This document shows, in pieces, positions 33,901 through 48,820 of a stretch of 56,010 nucleotides of DNA. A model generated the notes under the pieces. It did no database searches and was not told the DNA's origin. It worked only from the letters and a program-made list of their open reading frames with translations. A program made the position numbers and the translations under genes. The stretch is from Phoronis australis (Eukaryota > Animalia > Phoronida). The stretch lies in contig NMRA01000514.1 in NCBI GenBank assembly GCA_002633005.1, positions 256,008 to 312,017 on the forward strand. The letters are read 5' to 3'. How positions within the stretch are numbered: position 1 is the first letter of the stretch; each line of letters opens with the position of its first letter.

Positions 33901-36010
33901 GACATTGCCATGTATGCGCGATGGAATTTAAGATTCCAAATTCACCAAAAAAAAACAAAAACTGGGAACAGCACAGCCATTTGACCCGAAAAACCAAAAC
34001 TGTGAAAAATACAGTAGGATTGCCACCATCGAAAGGGTGGAATTTTAAGAAACGTGAAGACCACTATTTTTGAATTACACAAAAGGACTTTTTCCGATGG
34101 CTAGTTAAAAATAGTGTTACTGTTTAACTTAGAATCACAAGAATAGTATCTTTTTTGAAGATGGTTACTATGAGTTCTTTGTAAGGAATTCCAACATGTG
34201 GAAAACACTGCTGTCTAAACTACTATTTCCGATGACCGTGTACATGTCAAAAGGTGTACTCAAAGAACTTTTGCAATCATAAACAAAGATTTCAGCGTTT
34301 TCTTTTTTGTCAATAGAGATCGAGGTTACCTCGTGGACAGTTATAGGTACCTCTTATCGAAATGAGAAAAATACACCTTAATACGAATGCCACGTCTCCC
34401 ATAACCCACAGTTACCCGTCATATGTCTGCAAGCGTGCTTGCGGAAATCGCTTATAACATTTCGTTTTGATACACAAATTCTTTCATTTCTGATTTATTT
34501 GTTCATGTAGTACGAAAATCGATAGATTCATAGATGGTTTTTGCCAATTAGACGCTAATCTTGTAAGAATTGATGGTGATTCAGTGAATTTAATTGCAGC
34601 TTGAAGTTGGAAAAACTCTATCATAAGATCCCCAAATAGTAATGTACACTTATAGACGATTTTTGAATAAATAAAATTAAACTCGTTGCTTGGAAAGTTG
34701 GTCTTTGCACTTACTCGGTGCTCTGAGCTTCCAGTAGTATTGAGCAATGAATTTCTGTTCAAAAGTGAATTGATTGCTTGTCCTGATTCGCGTGCACGCC
34801 ATGTCTTGCGTACCTACATGTACGTTAAAAATAAGATGTAAAACTGCAGTAGGCTAGCGCAGAGTCTCAATGATCCAAGAGAACTGAATTTGAACTCCAG
34901 GCGTTCAAGAAGTGTGTCCATTTTTTAAACAAACTATCATTTTCCCCAATCACCAGAAAATGGACTACCGGTCGTGTTCAAACGATAGCTTTGGAAACAG
35001 CCCCAAGGAGACGACTTTACCAAGGACTTCGGGGCCTCACCTATTCAAAACACTCCTGAAAGAGTGACCAAAAGGAAATAAAGTTTTCCTGAAACTGGAT
35101 CACAATAAAACGAATCTTGACCTTAAAGCGAGCGCAGATGGCCGGTGTGAGCTGCCTGTCTCAAGTGAATCACAGCTTAGCTGACCAGCAACTAGCTTTA
35201 GTTCATCGGGATTTTTGTATTTTCACATTGTTAGATCTCGGCTATACTGTAGCTAATTGAGGCAGCTAATCAACTACCGGTCAGTTTACTGGTACTCGGT
35301 CCCGTTGCTTCACGGCTACTCAACTCTTGATGGCTTCATCAGTGGGACTGTTCCAGAAGTGGATTCAGGATTTTGTGTTGGGGGAGGGGGTATTTGCCAG
35401 GGCTTTACCCATCAGAAATTCGCATCCCACAACTGCCAACTGGAATCTGGAAGAATTTTAGGGAGTCCACACTGGAATCTGGGAGAATTTTAGGGGGGCA
35501 ATAGCCCCTTGGCCACTCCTAAATAAGTGCCTGTGCCTCCCACCTAGGGCGGACCTGCGAGATTCGGTAAAATATGGTGGTATTGTGAGCATGGTGGCGA
35601 CGGGGGTGTGGTCGTTTGACAAAGTCGAAATGGTTTGCGCCCCACCCCCAATAATTTTTACCTTCCTAAGGGCCTGTATTCTGATTATATGTAATATTTT
35701 GGACGAAGGTACCGAAGGTGGCGTGGTTGATGAAGTTTGCGAACATGCGAAGAAAATAAACTGACTAAGAGTTCGAAAATAATATTTCGAAGTAAATCCA
35801 TCACCTAAGAAAATAATTCGTTACTTGTTCTAACATAATTCACAATACCAAAACCACCGTTTCCGAGACCGCTGTTGCAGTCATTGTGATCGTCAATCTT
35901 CACCTCAAATAGTTCGAACATGTGACTTTCATATTAATAATTCGTACGCTCGATTTTGTCTCTATTAATTAGGACGCTAAGATCTCAAGCTAAAATAGTT
36001 CGTACAGTAG
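30955..36010 (+). repeat. ~5.07-kb head-to-tail segmental duplication, copy 2
   Basis: Both copies start TTTTCGCGGAA(C/T)TGTTTTCCGACAAGA and end near ATTAATTAGGACGCTAAG...AAAATAGTTC; ORFs 27698..27892 and 33591..33785 are paralogous. Confidence 0.92.
32638..32733 (-). CDS. Divergent ankyrin-like (N-cap-type) exon IFKAIKNDDCPQTTVRQFIQRRWDVDQPLDEF
   Basis: attcttttcag| acceptor, |gtaagt donor, 96 bp, phase 0, same strand as the ankyrin array; resembles LFxAIxxxDxxxVRxLLxxxxDVD. Confidence 0.6.
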
Positions 36011-39000
36011 AAAGAACACTGCAATGCATATTACATTGAACCACTCCTCTTATAATACGAGTAATGTTAGTGGGAGATGTTTTTGCTCTGTTGAAATATT
36101 TTCTACGGGACAAAAGTCAAAAGATGGACATTTTTAACCCACACTTCTTCTTGTATAACATTTTCTTCCCATTGCAATAACAGTGCCACGTGACCAAGAA
36201 AACCTTTAGGGATTATTACACCGATAGGTGGAACGGTTAAGATGCAGCTGTATGAAGATTTCTGTGGCTTAAATTAAAGTTAATTTTTAGCTTGTAGTGA
36301 CCTTTCTTAGCTAAAATAGCTGCTTTGATTGATAATGAATAGCCTTGAAATTTACTAAATCAGTGAATAATTGTGAATGCATCAAGACCCCTCATCATCA
36401 TTATATACCGGTACATTGTACGCCAACAGACACTCACGCGGTACTCCACTGTCAACAAAATGCTGGTAAAATTGTAGCGTCTCCTGAGTGAGACAAAGGG
36501 CAGGTTATTGTTATGCTCCACCAAAAATAATGTCAATTATTAACAGATATTGTTGTGTCAACTATGCTTTAAACTAATTGTTCAACAGTCCTTGATGTCC
36601 AGAGCACACACTAACAGTCTGGTCAACATTAAATCAAGAAGTTCTAATCAAAATACTGTTGGTATGAGTCCTAGTGTTTCTGTCCCAAAAATCACAACAG
36701 CTTCAGATATAAACGAGAAAGCACAAAACATTCATCACCCTAGGAATATTAGAAGCATGAGTTTAAAGAGACTGGAATTGTTTAACTAATAAAACAAAGC
36801 GACCATTTTACTCCAACTTTTGTAAAACCCAGTATTAGCAATGTCCTTCCCTCCCTAAATATAAGTGCAAAAAGTATACAGATTTTTTAACAATTCTTCT
36901 CAAAACACTTAAATTAATCCTGGATCAGTGAATCATGAATGTTCCATTTTTCACAGTTCACTGCGAAAATTTTAGGTTGGTTTTACTGTGATTAAGAAAA
37001 AAGGCAAGTTAGGTATAAACCAATTTTCCAATTTTTGGGTACCTCAGTGTCGCCAATAAATATTATCCATGACCTTGAGAATATCAACTTGTGCCTGAGG
37101 ATAATCTAGTATGTATAGTTGCAGCAATCTAGTTCATAGTTTTGAACCAAATTCCACTTTCCACAAATAACTACTATTTCTGAATTAAATTCCGAAATAA
37201 TGTTACAGGGTACAGCTTCTACATTGCGGTAAAAATAATGTTACAAGGTAGGGTATCTATATCGGGGTAAAAAGCTGAAGTGCATTATCCGGCCCATGAA
37301 GATTAATTAAATTCACGAGAATTTTTTCTCAGTGAATGCTTTTTTCTCAGTGAATATTTCAATATCTATCATATTCACTGCATGGGTCTCATTTCTCTGA
37401 CTTAATTTCATAGTCAACATCATTGTTCATCAAAAGAAGTGACACAACTCAAAAAAGACCTAAGACCCCCACAGACTAGAAATTAATTTAATATCCCTTT
37501 CAACAAAATGAGTACCCTGCATATAATATTGCTTACTACTAATATACAATATGTTAACCATTGTAAAAAATGAATAAATAATTTACACTTTTGACCTTTT
37601 GCATCCACACTTCACACACGTCAGCATACAAATACATAAACAAAACGAAAGGCACAGTTGATAACAGATACTACATATAGAGACTAGTTCAAATTTTCTA
37701 CAGTCTAAACTAATTTTTTGATTGCAAATCATGAACTAACAAATTTCACCTTGTTTTCAAAAATATTTCACATGTGGAGTAAACCAAGTAGCTCTAGTAA
37801 ACTACTACAAAAATCAAATCCTACAAGCCTAAAGGTATACCGAAAGCATGTTACCATGTCTTGAAACCAGAATGGATCACAAAATTAGCAGAACACAAAA
37901 TGTGAAAATGAAATAATAAAGTTCATTTTAAACGTGGTGTCAAATACATGCATGGGCTTTGAACACTCAGCATTAGGGATGGATGTGTATCTCAAAAGAA
38001 AATCTTTGTTACATTCAAATCCATTGTGATACATACTAACAAACACTATTACCAACAGGGCGCTTTGTATGACAACGTTAGTTAATGGCAGTTTACCATG
38101 TAGGAATTGTCTTCATTTGGTTGATTCGATTTTGACTCGTTGCATCGGCGGTATCTGTATACCTGAGCAGTGTACTCGATCTTATTCTAGACGTTAGCGA
38201 CATAGTTCGCACTGGTAGACGATTTTTGTCGTTATTGAATTATCTAACTTAATGCAATTCACAGCCAGGACACAACCATGTACATGGTTCTTGTATTTTT
38301 AGTTCAGCATCCATCAATAGGTAGAGCTGGTGGTTAACCGGAGTGGACCACGAGTTGGGTACATTTTAGGAGGCAACAGTTAGAGGAGCAGGTTTGAGAA
38401 TGCGGAATGTTCGCTCAAGATATACAACGGACTGCTTCATATGTAATATTCTCGATGAAGCTTTCGCTCGCCAGATCTCATTTGCCACGTTGTTTTCGTC
38501 AGCCAGGACCGTGAACTCTCTCTCACTAGTTCGAAACCTTTTTGTAGTTGAAATTATACTTAGTTCCTTGTTTCATAACAGTTACATTGTTTCCAGTGCA
38601 CTGACGTGCGTAAAAACACCAACATCATCCAAATGTTAATTCACTGCAAGCTTTCAATCGCTGTAAAAAATCCTCGGTGCATACATGTACGTTGATAAGC
38701 CTACGTGTCGCCACGTTTCATCAAAACTCACTATTGCAAAACATTTGATTAGAACCCGTGACCTTAGTTCTTTACAACCTGAAAGTAAACATGACATGTC
38801 CCCAAATGTAGAACAATATGTAGGTAAACTAAAAGCAAAACACCCAGCTCACTCTGCGTCATCTAAGTTCTGTCTATAATAATTTATGTCTCCATCACCA
38901 CAACTTTAAAAGGTCTAAGCAATGCGGTATATGCCAGGACACAACAAGGTATTTTTGATTGTGTGACAACTACGGCTGAAGGAAATTCTCAGAGTGCCTT

Positions 39001-39329
39001 GCGAGGCTATATAGAAAAATGCAGTAGGGTTTTGGTAAGGGTTCTCGTCTTGGATATTTTAGATGAGACGAGACCTATAAAACATCAGAATTTGATGGGC
39101 TTTTATTAGAAATTGGCAATCACAAAAGGTGTATTCTCAACAGTGTGCATCGCATGTACCAAAAATAACAAATGGTGTTTCATTAGTCTGTAACGCGAAA
39201 ACTGTAAAGATGTAATCCGTACAACGTCACGGATTATTTAGCGAAAGAACACGCATGACAGAGGGAAATTTTGTTTTCATGCCAGCTATAGGATATGCCG
39301 ATTGAAACTGACACGAAACACACTATCCG

Positions 39330-40310
39330 GTAAATCACAATCAAGGTCCATATTCGAGAGTCGACTCTGTTACCAATGTCAACTGAACCTCAAATGCAAA
39401 GAGTTATTTAGTTGCGCAAGTTAAAAATAATCATCAAACTTGGATAGTGTTTGGGAAACTTATGCATGTTTTTGTCAGTGAATTTCGTTTATATTTAGCT
39501 TACGAGTGGCCATTTTAAAAAGTTAAATTTCCAACTGTCAACAGTGGAAAATAAAGTAAGCATTTGTTTTGACATGACTGCAAATAACTCGATTCACATT
39601 CAGAATCACTTAGATGAAGTTGTGCTCAATCATTGGGATATGGTGGGGTTCATCATAAAACAGACACTAGTCAGGAGATTGTAAATTCTGTGTTGCTAAT
39701 CCTCATCTACTGTAAAGAAGGCTATAGAGAACTGCAGAATATGTTACTTAGGCAACACAACAAACAATTCAATATCTAAACAAACCATTTAAAACTTGGA
39801 TATTGACTACGTTCTGCTATGTTGAGAAGGAGCCGAAAAGTCTAACAAAATGTAGGGTAGATACACTGAATTCAATAACAAAAACGATCATTGCAAATGA
39901 AATTATTGCATTTTAAATAACAAAATGGTGCTTATAATCATCAAAGAAAAGTAAATGCCCCTACAACATTATGATACCATGTGATGCAGAAACAGTGGTG
40001 TAGTGTACCGTGTACACACCCCTTTTTATACTGTACGTGCCTCTTTTTGTAGTGTACATGCCCCCGTGTTTACAAAAACCATGAAATTAAAATATTACTT
40101 GGTAACTGAGCAACATTCGTCAAAGAAATGTTATTTAAAACGAGTGTTTATCACAAATATATTTGTTTTGAATCAGATATTAGCGTTTGCGTAGTGTACG
40201 CACCACTATATTTTAAGATGTGCCTATTTTCAAAGAATGCACATTATGATGTGCTACGTTTACTTTAAGTCTGAATAGATTTTGTTAGTTAACTAACTCT
40301 CAGTAGATTC
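39330..40310 (-). mobile_element. Second, diverged copy of the 6.6-7.9 kb repeat family (inverted)
   Basis: Colinear reverse-complement similarity over ~1 kb, judged by eye. Confidence 0.6.
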
Positions 40311-40780
40311 TTGGTATTTAATCACAAACCTGACACTCGTTTGTGCAAATAATTTACTGTTCATAAGATGAACACAGTGCATTTATCCCAGTGTCCAAGG
40401 GATACCATTCTGCCCACACAGCCCTAGGCCTTACTCATTGTAAAAGAAAACAGTTGAGATAACACCCTGGTACAGCCTTTTGTATAGCTCACAGTTGCCA
40501 GGGATCTTTATACCCATGAATAAGCCCCACAGTGTTTTTCTTGGCTGTCTGGGGTTAACAAAAGGTGTTCAGTGACAGAGCTACTGGTATTTGAAAAAGT
40601 TGACCTAGTCAGTGTGGTCTTGTTTACAGCATACCAGATTATTGGCACTAGATTTTAGAAGTTTAGGCTCCACTGTTGTGGAATACACCCATGCTTAAAT
40701 ATTTCTTACCCTCGTACGTTTTTAAAATGCAGACATCTTCAGCCTGACAGTATGTTTAAGCGATGATTTAGAGGGATGAA

Positions 40781-40947
40781 TAGTCCAGCCTCCCGTTCAG
40801 CAACGCTAGGACCTCGCTAAAAAGCAAGACTTCGCGAGATTACGTTAGATATTGCCGTGCATTTTAAATGAGAACACGCGACTTTGACTAGGTTTTAGTT
40901 AGGTCCCAGCGTAGGTCCTAGCGTCTACTGAACGCACTGCTGGACTA
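40781..40947. mobile_element. MITE with ~40-bp imperfect terminal inverted repeats
   Basis: TAGTCCAGC..CGTTCAGCAACGCTAGGACCT vs AGGTCCTAGCGTCTACTGAACG..GCTGGACTA. Confidence 0.75.
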
Positions 40948-43900
40948 CATTTCCCCTAGTTGCCACTCTTATAACTCACCACACCAATTAAACACTCAAG
41001 CGTTGGCACCCAAATAAAATTTTTGCAAAAATGGGAGAAAACAATGAAAATTCCAGTGATTCCTATGTGAAATGAGTGTATCTGAATAGGGTCGGGGAAA
41101 ACTTTTAGGCAGTTGAGGAACAGGGTGGTATGGGTGCTTGGCCTGACAACAATGGACGCTTTTTCAGTGGGTGTTACAGCCACTGACTACTACCATAAGC
41201 GTAGATAATGTTCACTGTCTAAAAGGAAGCATGAAGCCATACTTGCAGACAGGCAGGCCTATACAGTTTTCAACATATAGTGGTTTTCTCCAACCCTGCT
41301 GAACTGTAACGTGGGAAAATCTTAGTGTGAAGCCGCTTGGACAGCGGTACGAGAGGATCTAATTGAAAATTTATTTTAGTCAACGATTATTATTATTCTC
41401 ATAAAATAAAGTGACATGCGTCTGGATCTCAGAAGGTTTGTAACGTAATATTATTCCCATAAGTTCAAAAACCACTAATTTGCATATAATGTGGACATAA
41501 TGCAGGCCGTTAAATAATCAAACTTCGATAAACATGTCTTCAGCATAAACTATCAAGCGACGGACGAGCGCCCAAACAGAAACAAAAAGTTTTGTGCCTT
41601 ATGCCTTTATTAATGTACAATTTAAACTCTTACCGTTTCCAATTCTGCCTTGTTGGCAAGTAAATTTCCCAATTTCTTGTAAGTAGCCATATCTAAGCGT
41701 GGTCCTCAGAATTAGTTGTTCTACACCCAGTGATTGTCACGCGTATAAAAATACACTGTTGGATTTTACCAGAAATTTCCCTGAGTCATTGCTAAGTAGG
41801 TTATCGACGTTATCAACAAATGGCGGGTTACGATAGGGAGAATCGAGGCCAAGTACTTGACCTATATTCTACAGCTACTGACGTCGCACGGATGGCGCGA
41901 TATGCAACTGGTCACCAGAGTTCATGAACCAGGAAATAGATGTCCCTGGCAAGTGGCCATTGAAAAGTCTCTGTGTCTGGCGTTGAATCAACTCTTTGTT
42001 TAAAAACCCTTTTTGTAATATTTATCAATAATACAAACATGTATAAGTTAAGGTGACAGTGGTCAAAATGTTTGCAAACCTCTCGCGGTTGCTCGGCCTT
42101 AGTGCGGGTGTATCCACATCAGCATGTGACTGTGCTGTCCGGCATCTAAGTTAATCAAAGAAGCCGATTTTGCAAGGCAGTTCAATCTTCTAATTTATCA
42201 GCCAACTCATTGTTCAATACTGGCCAAATTAACGTTCACCCAATAAACAATATCATTTCATAATGCAAATTCAACGATATAAGTCTTGGAGTTGTGGCAA
42301 ACACGACTGAAGATTGGTGCCCCCTGAAACCTGGTGAATGATATTGGAAAGTAATCCTTTATGTCAAAATACATGAAGAGCTTTGATAATTCACGTTTAG
42401 CTGTAATCCCCTGTACTGTTGAGATTAAACTCTCTGTCGGGTATTCTTCATTGAGAAATTTGTACCAAGCTACGTGTAATTCAAACATAAGTTTTCAAGT
42501 TGATTTTTGGATGGTGTTTTAACCCTGGGTTCACTTTGGCCTGCAAAACAAATTTATTCTACATGACATGAGTACAAATTATGAACATGTCGGGTTACCT
42601 ACATGTATAATCTAATCAAAGGCTAAAGCAAACAGTGCAGTTGGACTTCAGCATAACTGAATGACATTCATTTCAAGTTGTATGACAATCTATACCTAAG
42701 AATCGAAAAGGCGAGGTTATGAAATTGTTGGCAATTGCAATAAACTTCAATTCCCATTGTTTTTTATCAACTTTGGTTTGTTTACGAGGTTAGCATGATG
42801 GCAATGCAGAAACTTTACATAATGAGCAGCGCTAGTTGTATTTCCAACCAGAAGGTGGAGCAAAGCCCAGTCATGTCACCTTATTATTGCTATATGGAGA
42901 TTCAACCTGCGCAACCACGGTTAGTATTCAAATTTAAATCTTACAAGCATATTTGTGCTTCTTTAAAACTTACAGCAAAACGAAGAATCTCTACATTGGC
43001 TTGAATAAATGGCAACAGGAATCTGTGAGCTTTTCATTAAAGCCTACTCTACAAGCACATCGGCTAAACCAAGGAGATTTTTATCTTGTTTCAAATTCGA
43101 ACCCTGTTAACAGCATTAGGCCTATTAAAAAACAACGTAGGAATCAACAATTGGTCGGACTTCAAGACTACTTGCCCGTACTTCAAGTCTATTTGCCCGC
43201 CGTACTTCAAGAGTAGCCTGCAATAGTGCAAGCAAGTTACTTGAGGGAAATGCAAAGTCATGCAAGTCTCTATAAGATTTTATGCACATTAATACCAGAC
43301 GACGTGACTGCAATAACGCATTTTATAAACTCGATCCTTTCGTACATGTACATATACATGTAGACCTACAGTAAGAAACATGGCCGTGCCAACTTGGGGG
43401 AAGGATCTTTTCAACCGTGACGCAGCTCAACTCGATCACAGCGGTCAAATCCCACCCACCATAAAAATCATGACAATGGATGCTTTGAATTTTTAATAAA
43501 ACGAGCTAGGTCCGAAATTTCAAGTTTGAATGTCCAAAACTTTGGCCATGTAATAGTACAGCCTATTCCACCAGATAAAAATTCTAATGAGGTCATAGTC
43601 CCAACTTTCCTTATGTTTCCTGCCCGTGGCTACTTCAGCGGCCAACGGGAACTGTGGATCAAATTTTTCTCCAGATGTTCAGCAAATATCTCAAGAATAC
43701 TCAGTGGCACATACATGTTTTCAATAAGGGGTGTTAGGATTTGAGCGAATTAGAGGCGGCGTAGCGCCGAGCGCAAGGAATGTCGAGAGGAGGTTTCCCC
43801 CTCTCGTGTAAGATTTTTGTGGTCTTTAGTAGCTAATTTCGTTTTACTGGCGAAATTTTTTTTCAGTTTTTATTTTTGATCCTGTCCCGAGGGGAGTGAT

Positions 43901-46196
43901 TAAACCCGCTGAACCCTCCCCCTGTAGATCTGCCTCTGATACTCTTGGCACGTTTATTCCTCGACTAAGTGTTGGAAAAACAAGCGTCAAATATGTTTCT
44001 TAGCTAGCTACTAGTTATCAGTGCAGTCTCGGTATGATAATAGCAGCATATATACCTAATTCACGCGGCGGACATTAAAATTGAAAGCGGAGCTCATTGC
44101 GATAAACAAAGCGGAAGTTGACATTGCGTGAGTTAAATGGCCGGTCTTTCGAGGCCAACCTATATAATACATCTTTAAAATGTGTCGATAATTAACCACA
44201 GAGACGTAGAAAAATGCATTAGAGAACACGTCAATGCACCAAAGATTTTTCTGACGAAAGGGTATAAATGTTTTAGGAAAACTAGCTTCGAAACATGAAA
44301 ATAAATATGACTAAAATGCAGCCATCGTAGTGTTATAGAATGGGTATTATGCTGAATTCAGGGTTACGTTTCTTCTTGTAAATTGTTGATACAAATGCTT
44401 TCTTTACGAACAAGTTGAAGATATATTCGACAGTGGTGGCTCATCGCATTTTGGTGTCATGTGAAATTAGTCACATCTGGTTTAATTTGTTTATCAAGAA
44501 TATTAACATCAAGCATAGCTTAGGTCCTGGTGAGGTAGGGGATACCGGGACTAACAGTTGCTTTGTCATTGATCTGAAAGAATAACTAATGTAAGTTAAT
44601 ATTGTTTTTATTAAAATAAAAAACCAGGCTCGCAATTGAAAATAAATTATTTGACCATTTATTTAATTTTGAAAAATAAATTAAAAACGACCACAGCCCA
44701 GAAATTGCTTTCGTATTACATTCAGGTTCTCATTCATTCCCTTGCACACATACACAAGTAATTCTTTGACCATCAATTCTGCTTTCTTGGTTTTAATAAT
44801 TCATGTGTTAGGCCATTGCAATGAATCTGGACCAAGTTGAATTTCAAAATTAAAACACATAATCCGTTCGTCCAAAGCATAACCTCGTTTTAGAGCTCCA
44901 TTTCAGTTAACTGAACAGAGCAAGCATAGTTTGCATCAGTGTTTCTTCAAATGAGGGGCCTCGTTCATCCGAGGGAAGGTGCCTGAGGGGATAATTTTTT
45001 TCGAAAATCTACCTACCGATCATCGTCAATAGCACCCCTGCTCTGTCATTTGCAAGCTGTCACAGGCTCTGTCTCAAGTAACATTTTGTGCTCTTTCATA
45101 TTGTCACCTGTGTGGTTATAGGTGATTACCTTCGGTGAGAACTTTTCAATCACTAGGGGAATTTTTAGGCCTCGTGGGGGGATTTCGCTGGCTTTTTCAA
45201 TATTTTTGAGAGGGGAATAGGGCCGATATTCGGCCCCAAAATCGAGGAATTGAAGGCCTTGTCCTCATTGGAAAGAAAAATGCATCATCTTTCAACCCGT
45301 AGTCATGAAAGCAGACAGCCTGGCTGCCCGAAGATAAGTGGTCGCTTTGCTCGGTAAGTCGGTGACTGAGATGCGACAAAATATGATCTGACTTTTCGAA
45401 AATATTTTTTATTTTACACGGACATATTTTCCTTCGCGGCGGCGTATGGCAACGACCAACGCTTCCGAATCTCAACGCCCTTAGGGATTGTAAAACAGAC
45501 AGTTGAGTGTATTTGTTGTACTCGTTCGAGCAACGCAGAATACAACCAGTATGCCGAAAAGTCAACAGAACTATCGTAGTGAGCCTCGTTTTGGAACGCG
45601 CCTACTGTCGGCGTGTTACAACTATTGTGTGATTGCCATTTCTAAGATGTCTGGATCCTGAATCTGTTTACGCTTCTCAAACCAAACAGGAACGTTGTGC
45701 CAGCTGTGACACTGATGAATTATTACATGAGTGCATGAACTATTGAAACAACTGTATACTGTCAAAACTTTATGCCCATTATTACAATCACGTCTAGTAT
45801 TCTACTCACAATTCTGGGCTCATTTTCTGGAATTTACACACATGACCTGACACCTGTCGTGATCAAGTCAACTAAGGATACTGGTGTTACAAACTACTTG
45901 ACCCAATTTGAGTGCAAGAAAATGCTCTTTTGCTGACAAGTCTTTAAGGGGTTGTTCTGAAACCATTCAACCCCCACACACCACGACCCCCTCGACCCAC
46001 GACCACTTCGACACACGGCCGACGAACCGGCACGACCCCCCCACAACCCCCTCGATCCAGCCCGGCGACACAAGCTCGACTCGATCTGAGCATGAAACAA
46101 GCGCTGACTTGCAGTGCCAACGTGTCGATAATCGATTCTGCAATTTTAACTTTTTGTGACGAAACAGAACTACAGTGCAGCCGGGCTACCTCACGC

Positions 46197-47515
46197 CTGG
46201 CCACACCGGAGCGCAACCGGAATACAGGCGTGCCAGAAATCGGTCGCCTCACGCCTACTCTCCAGGTAGTCCTCATGAATTCCTCCGGTTTAGTTAATGT
46301 CTTCCTCACGCCTCGTTTACGCTTTCTTCGCGCCTCCGTCACGCTTACCTCACGCTTTCTTCACGCCTTCGGTAGCTGTGGTAACCATGGTGGAGCACCG
46401 GGCTAATCAGTAAAAATACATGTGACCTCTTGATTGCCTGTCGTTTCGGTCAAGTTGCAAAGACATTATAGTATATTATACAGTATCTTTGCAAGCGGTC
46501 ATCTATCACACTTGGGTTCCGACTAACTCTGTAATCTCACGTGTTGTTTTTACAGACGTCTTCCTTCAGCTCGTCTTGTGTTACACTTACATGTTCAGTG
46601 TACGTGTTCAATTTTCGACTTAAGAGCCAGTCCCATCAACGACAAATATGTACAGTAACCACGATTAGTAAATACGAATAAACGCGACCCTGTGCCCAGA
46701 GTCATCTTTACAAGGCTGTGGACTCCTTGAAACTTGTCACAGGTGGATATAGTTAATTCTCCCTAAAAATAGCCTACGCATCTTGTGAAGTATTGTGTCA
46801 CTCCGTAAATTTTTGCACCGCACTGGCGTACAGAAAATTTAAATAGGCCGCCCTTCTGACATACCCATCCCTTACTGCAAGCAAATGTTTTGACTTAAAA
46901 GTCCTGAATCCGTAGTGCAGTTCAATTATTTATAGCCCCCTCCCCATAGTACATGCGTTTCGACTGAGTACACAGTATCCCCGGGGTACTTCTTCACTAA
47001 AATAATAATAGCGGTCATCTGTTTGACTAGTCAAATGCATGGGCGTGATCAGTTTTCTCCGCATGATGCCGGAAATTGGGATCAATGTGCTCAGAATTGA
47101 CATGCTATGCTCCTTCACATCGGCAATTGAATAATTCTGCCGTGTACACGCGTGTTAAGATTCTTTATTAGTTTATATAAAGAACAAATAATTATATATC
47201 AGTGAAAAGTAAAGTCCACAGGTCTGTTTTCTGAAGTGACTTAAGATTTGAGTGGGAAATTTTGGTCTTTTACTGCACGTGGCGATTTCAAAAAAAAATA
47301 AACCTCACATGAGCAAAAGTCTATGAGAATACACACATCACTGCTAGTTACTGATGTAATTTTAATAAATTACTTTGTCAACTGCGATGCAGGTAAACTC
47401 ACGCCTAACTCACGGTAACCTCCGGGTACAGTCACGCTTAGGCTCACGCCAGCTGTCACGGTTGATTCAAGCCTCACTCTCCGGTCCGTCTCCGGTTACG
47501 GTTACGGGTGGCTAG
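46197..47515. mobile_element. Possible non-autonomous DNA transposon with GC-rich ends carrying repeated CTCACGCC motifs
   Basis: Loose inverted similarity TGGCCACACCGGAGCGCAACCGGA vs TCCGGTTACGGTTACGGGTGGCTA; CTCACG clusters at 46190-46370 and 47397-47480. Confidence 0.35.
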
Positions 47516-48365
47516 ACCGGAGAGACACCGGAGAGAGTCTAATAATTCAGTGGCTTTACCGTAATCTATCAGAGTCAGTGTCACCAAAGTTGAAAGCTTC
47601 ATTTTTTTCTTTGTTAAAGAAAAATTGAGTAAGAGCTGAGTCTAGTACCTTGTAGTTGGAAGTTGTCAGTTTCGTTTAACAGTATTCAAAGAAAGAGCCA
47701 CGTGCAGCTTTCAAAATGCATCATTGGTGAGAAGACAAGGTGCAGGATTATAACGTACAGACTACCACCCAAACAAAAGGAATTCCATATTCACGTTCAT
47801 TCAAACGGAGACTAACCCAAACACCATACATGTAGCTTACCTACACCACGCGGTGCATTTTTCTATGTACAGATAACTAAAATCATAGAACTCGAGTACT
47901 GGAATGCCAATTCCCTCTTGCTGCCCATGTATTCTAGGGTAAGAGATTGATATAGCAGCGGTCTGTTCGTGATACGTGTATTTTGCAATGGTCGATTGAC
48001 TTTTGACTGCGTCTTGCAGTTTTCAAATCGACTTTTTTCTTGAAATGACCTACCAAAGGCGATAGTCAAAATGATAAAATGTACACATACAGCACCAAAG
48101 GGAATTCAAAACTCATATTTACCGAACAGTTACACCAAATTCACTTAAACGACTACTGGTGTTCAGATACAGCCACACAATATCAAGGTCACCCAGCGGA
48201 TCTTAAGAAAAGAGGTTCATGTCACACTCTAGTTTTAACATATTACACAAAGTAAATAGTACGATCGAAAGCTTATGCTAGTGTTATCGAAGGAGCGACT
48301 GCGTAAAATATTTGCTCCACTGTCATCCAAACATTTAAATGAACATAAAGGACATGTTGTAGTTG

Positions 48366-48820
48366 TCAGGTCCATTTGTACAGATTTAGAGTTCCCTCGC
48401 GCGTACGTACAATACTGTCACCATAGTCATTAATGCGACTACTTAACTGAGCTAGATATAAATAACCATCACGGTGAAACGACCGCCACATTATGCACTC
48501 GCTTGCATTCAGTTGCGCATGCTCATAGAAACGACCATCGGTGCCACGTTTATAAATCACTGACGAGTTGTTGAACTGGGGTGTCACATAATATAACTGA
48601 TTGCCAGCTTCAAAAAATGTTGCATATCGGTTGCTATGGTTGGGCAGAGTTTCCAAGTAGTCAAATCGCCTGGCTGTCTGATTCCACTTGAAAATGGTCG
48701 GTGACTGTTTAACACTGTCATCAGTGACAGCCATGTTTCGGACTCCGCTCTTAGTTCTAAATGTAGTTGGAGCAGTTTTTCCGCCAAAAATCTTGGGCAG
48801 CGTTTGATAAGTACTCCATT
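48366..48820 (-). CDS. LamG-EAR gene terminal exon, about three EAR/EPTP repeats
   Basis: ttttcattgcag| acceptor; frame WSTYQTLP...PTIFKWNQTARRFDYLETLP...SVIYKR..GRFYEHAQL..YLYLA..LNLYKWT-TGA. Confidence 0.88.

Noticed and set aside
45894-46406. Cluster of overlapping ORFs up to 132 aa
   Set aside because: GC-rich, low-complexity repeat sequence open in several frames; no domain or splice support
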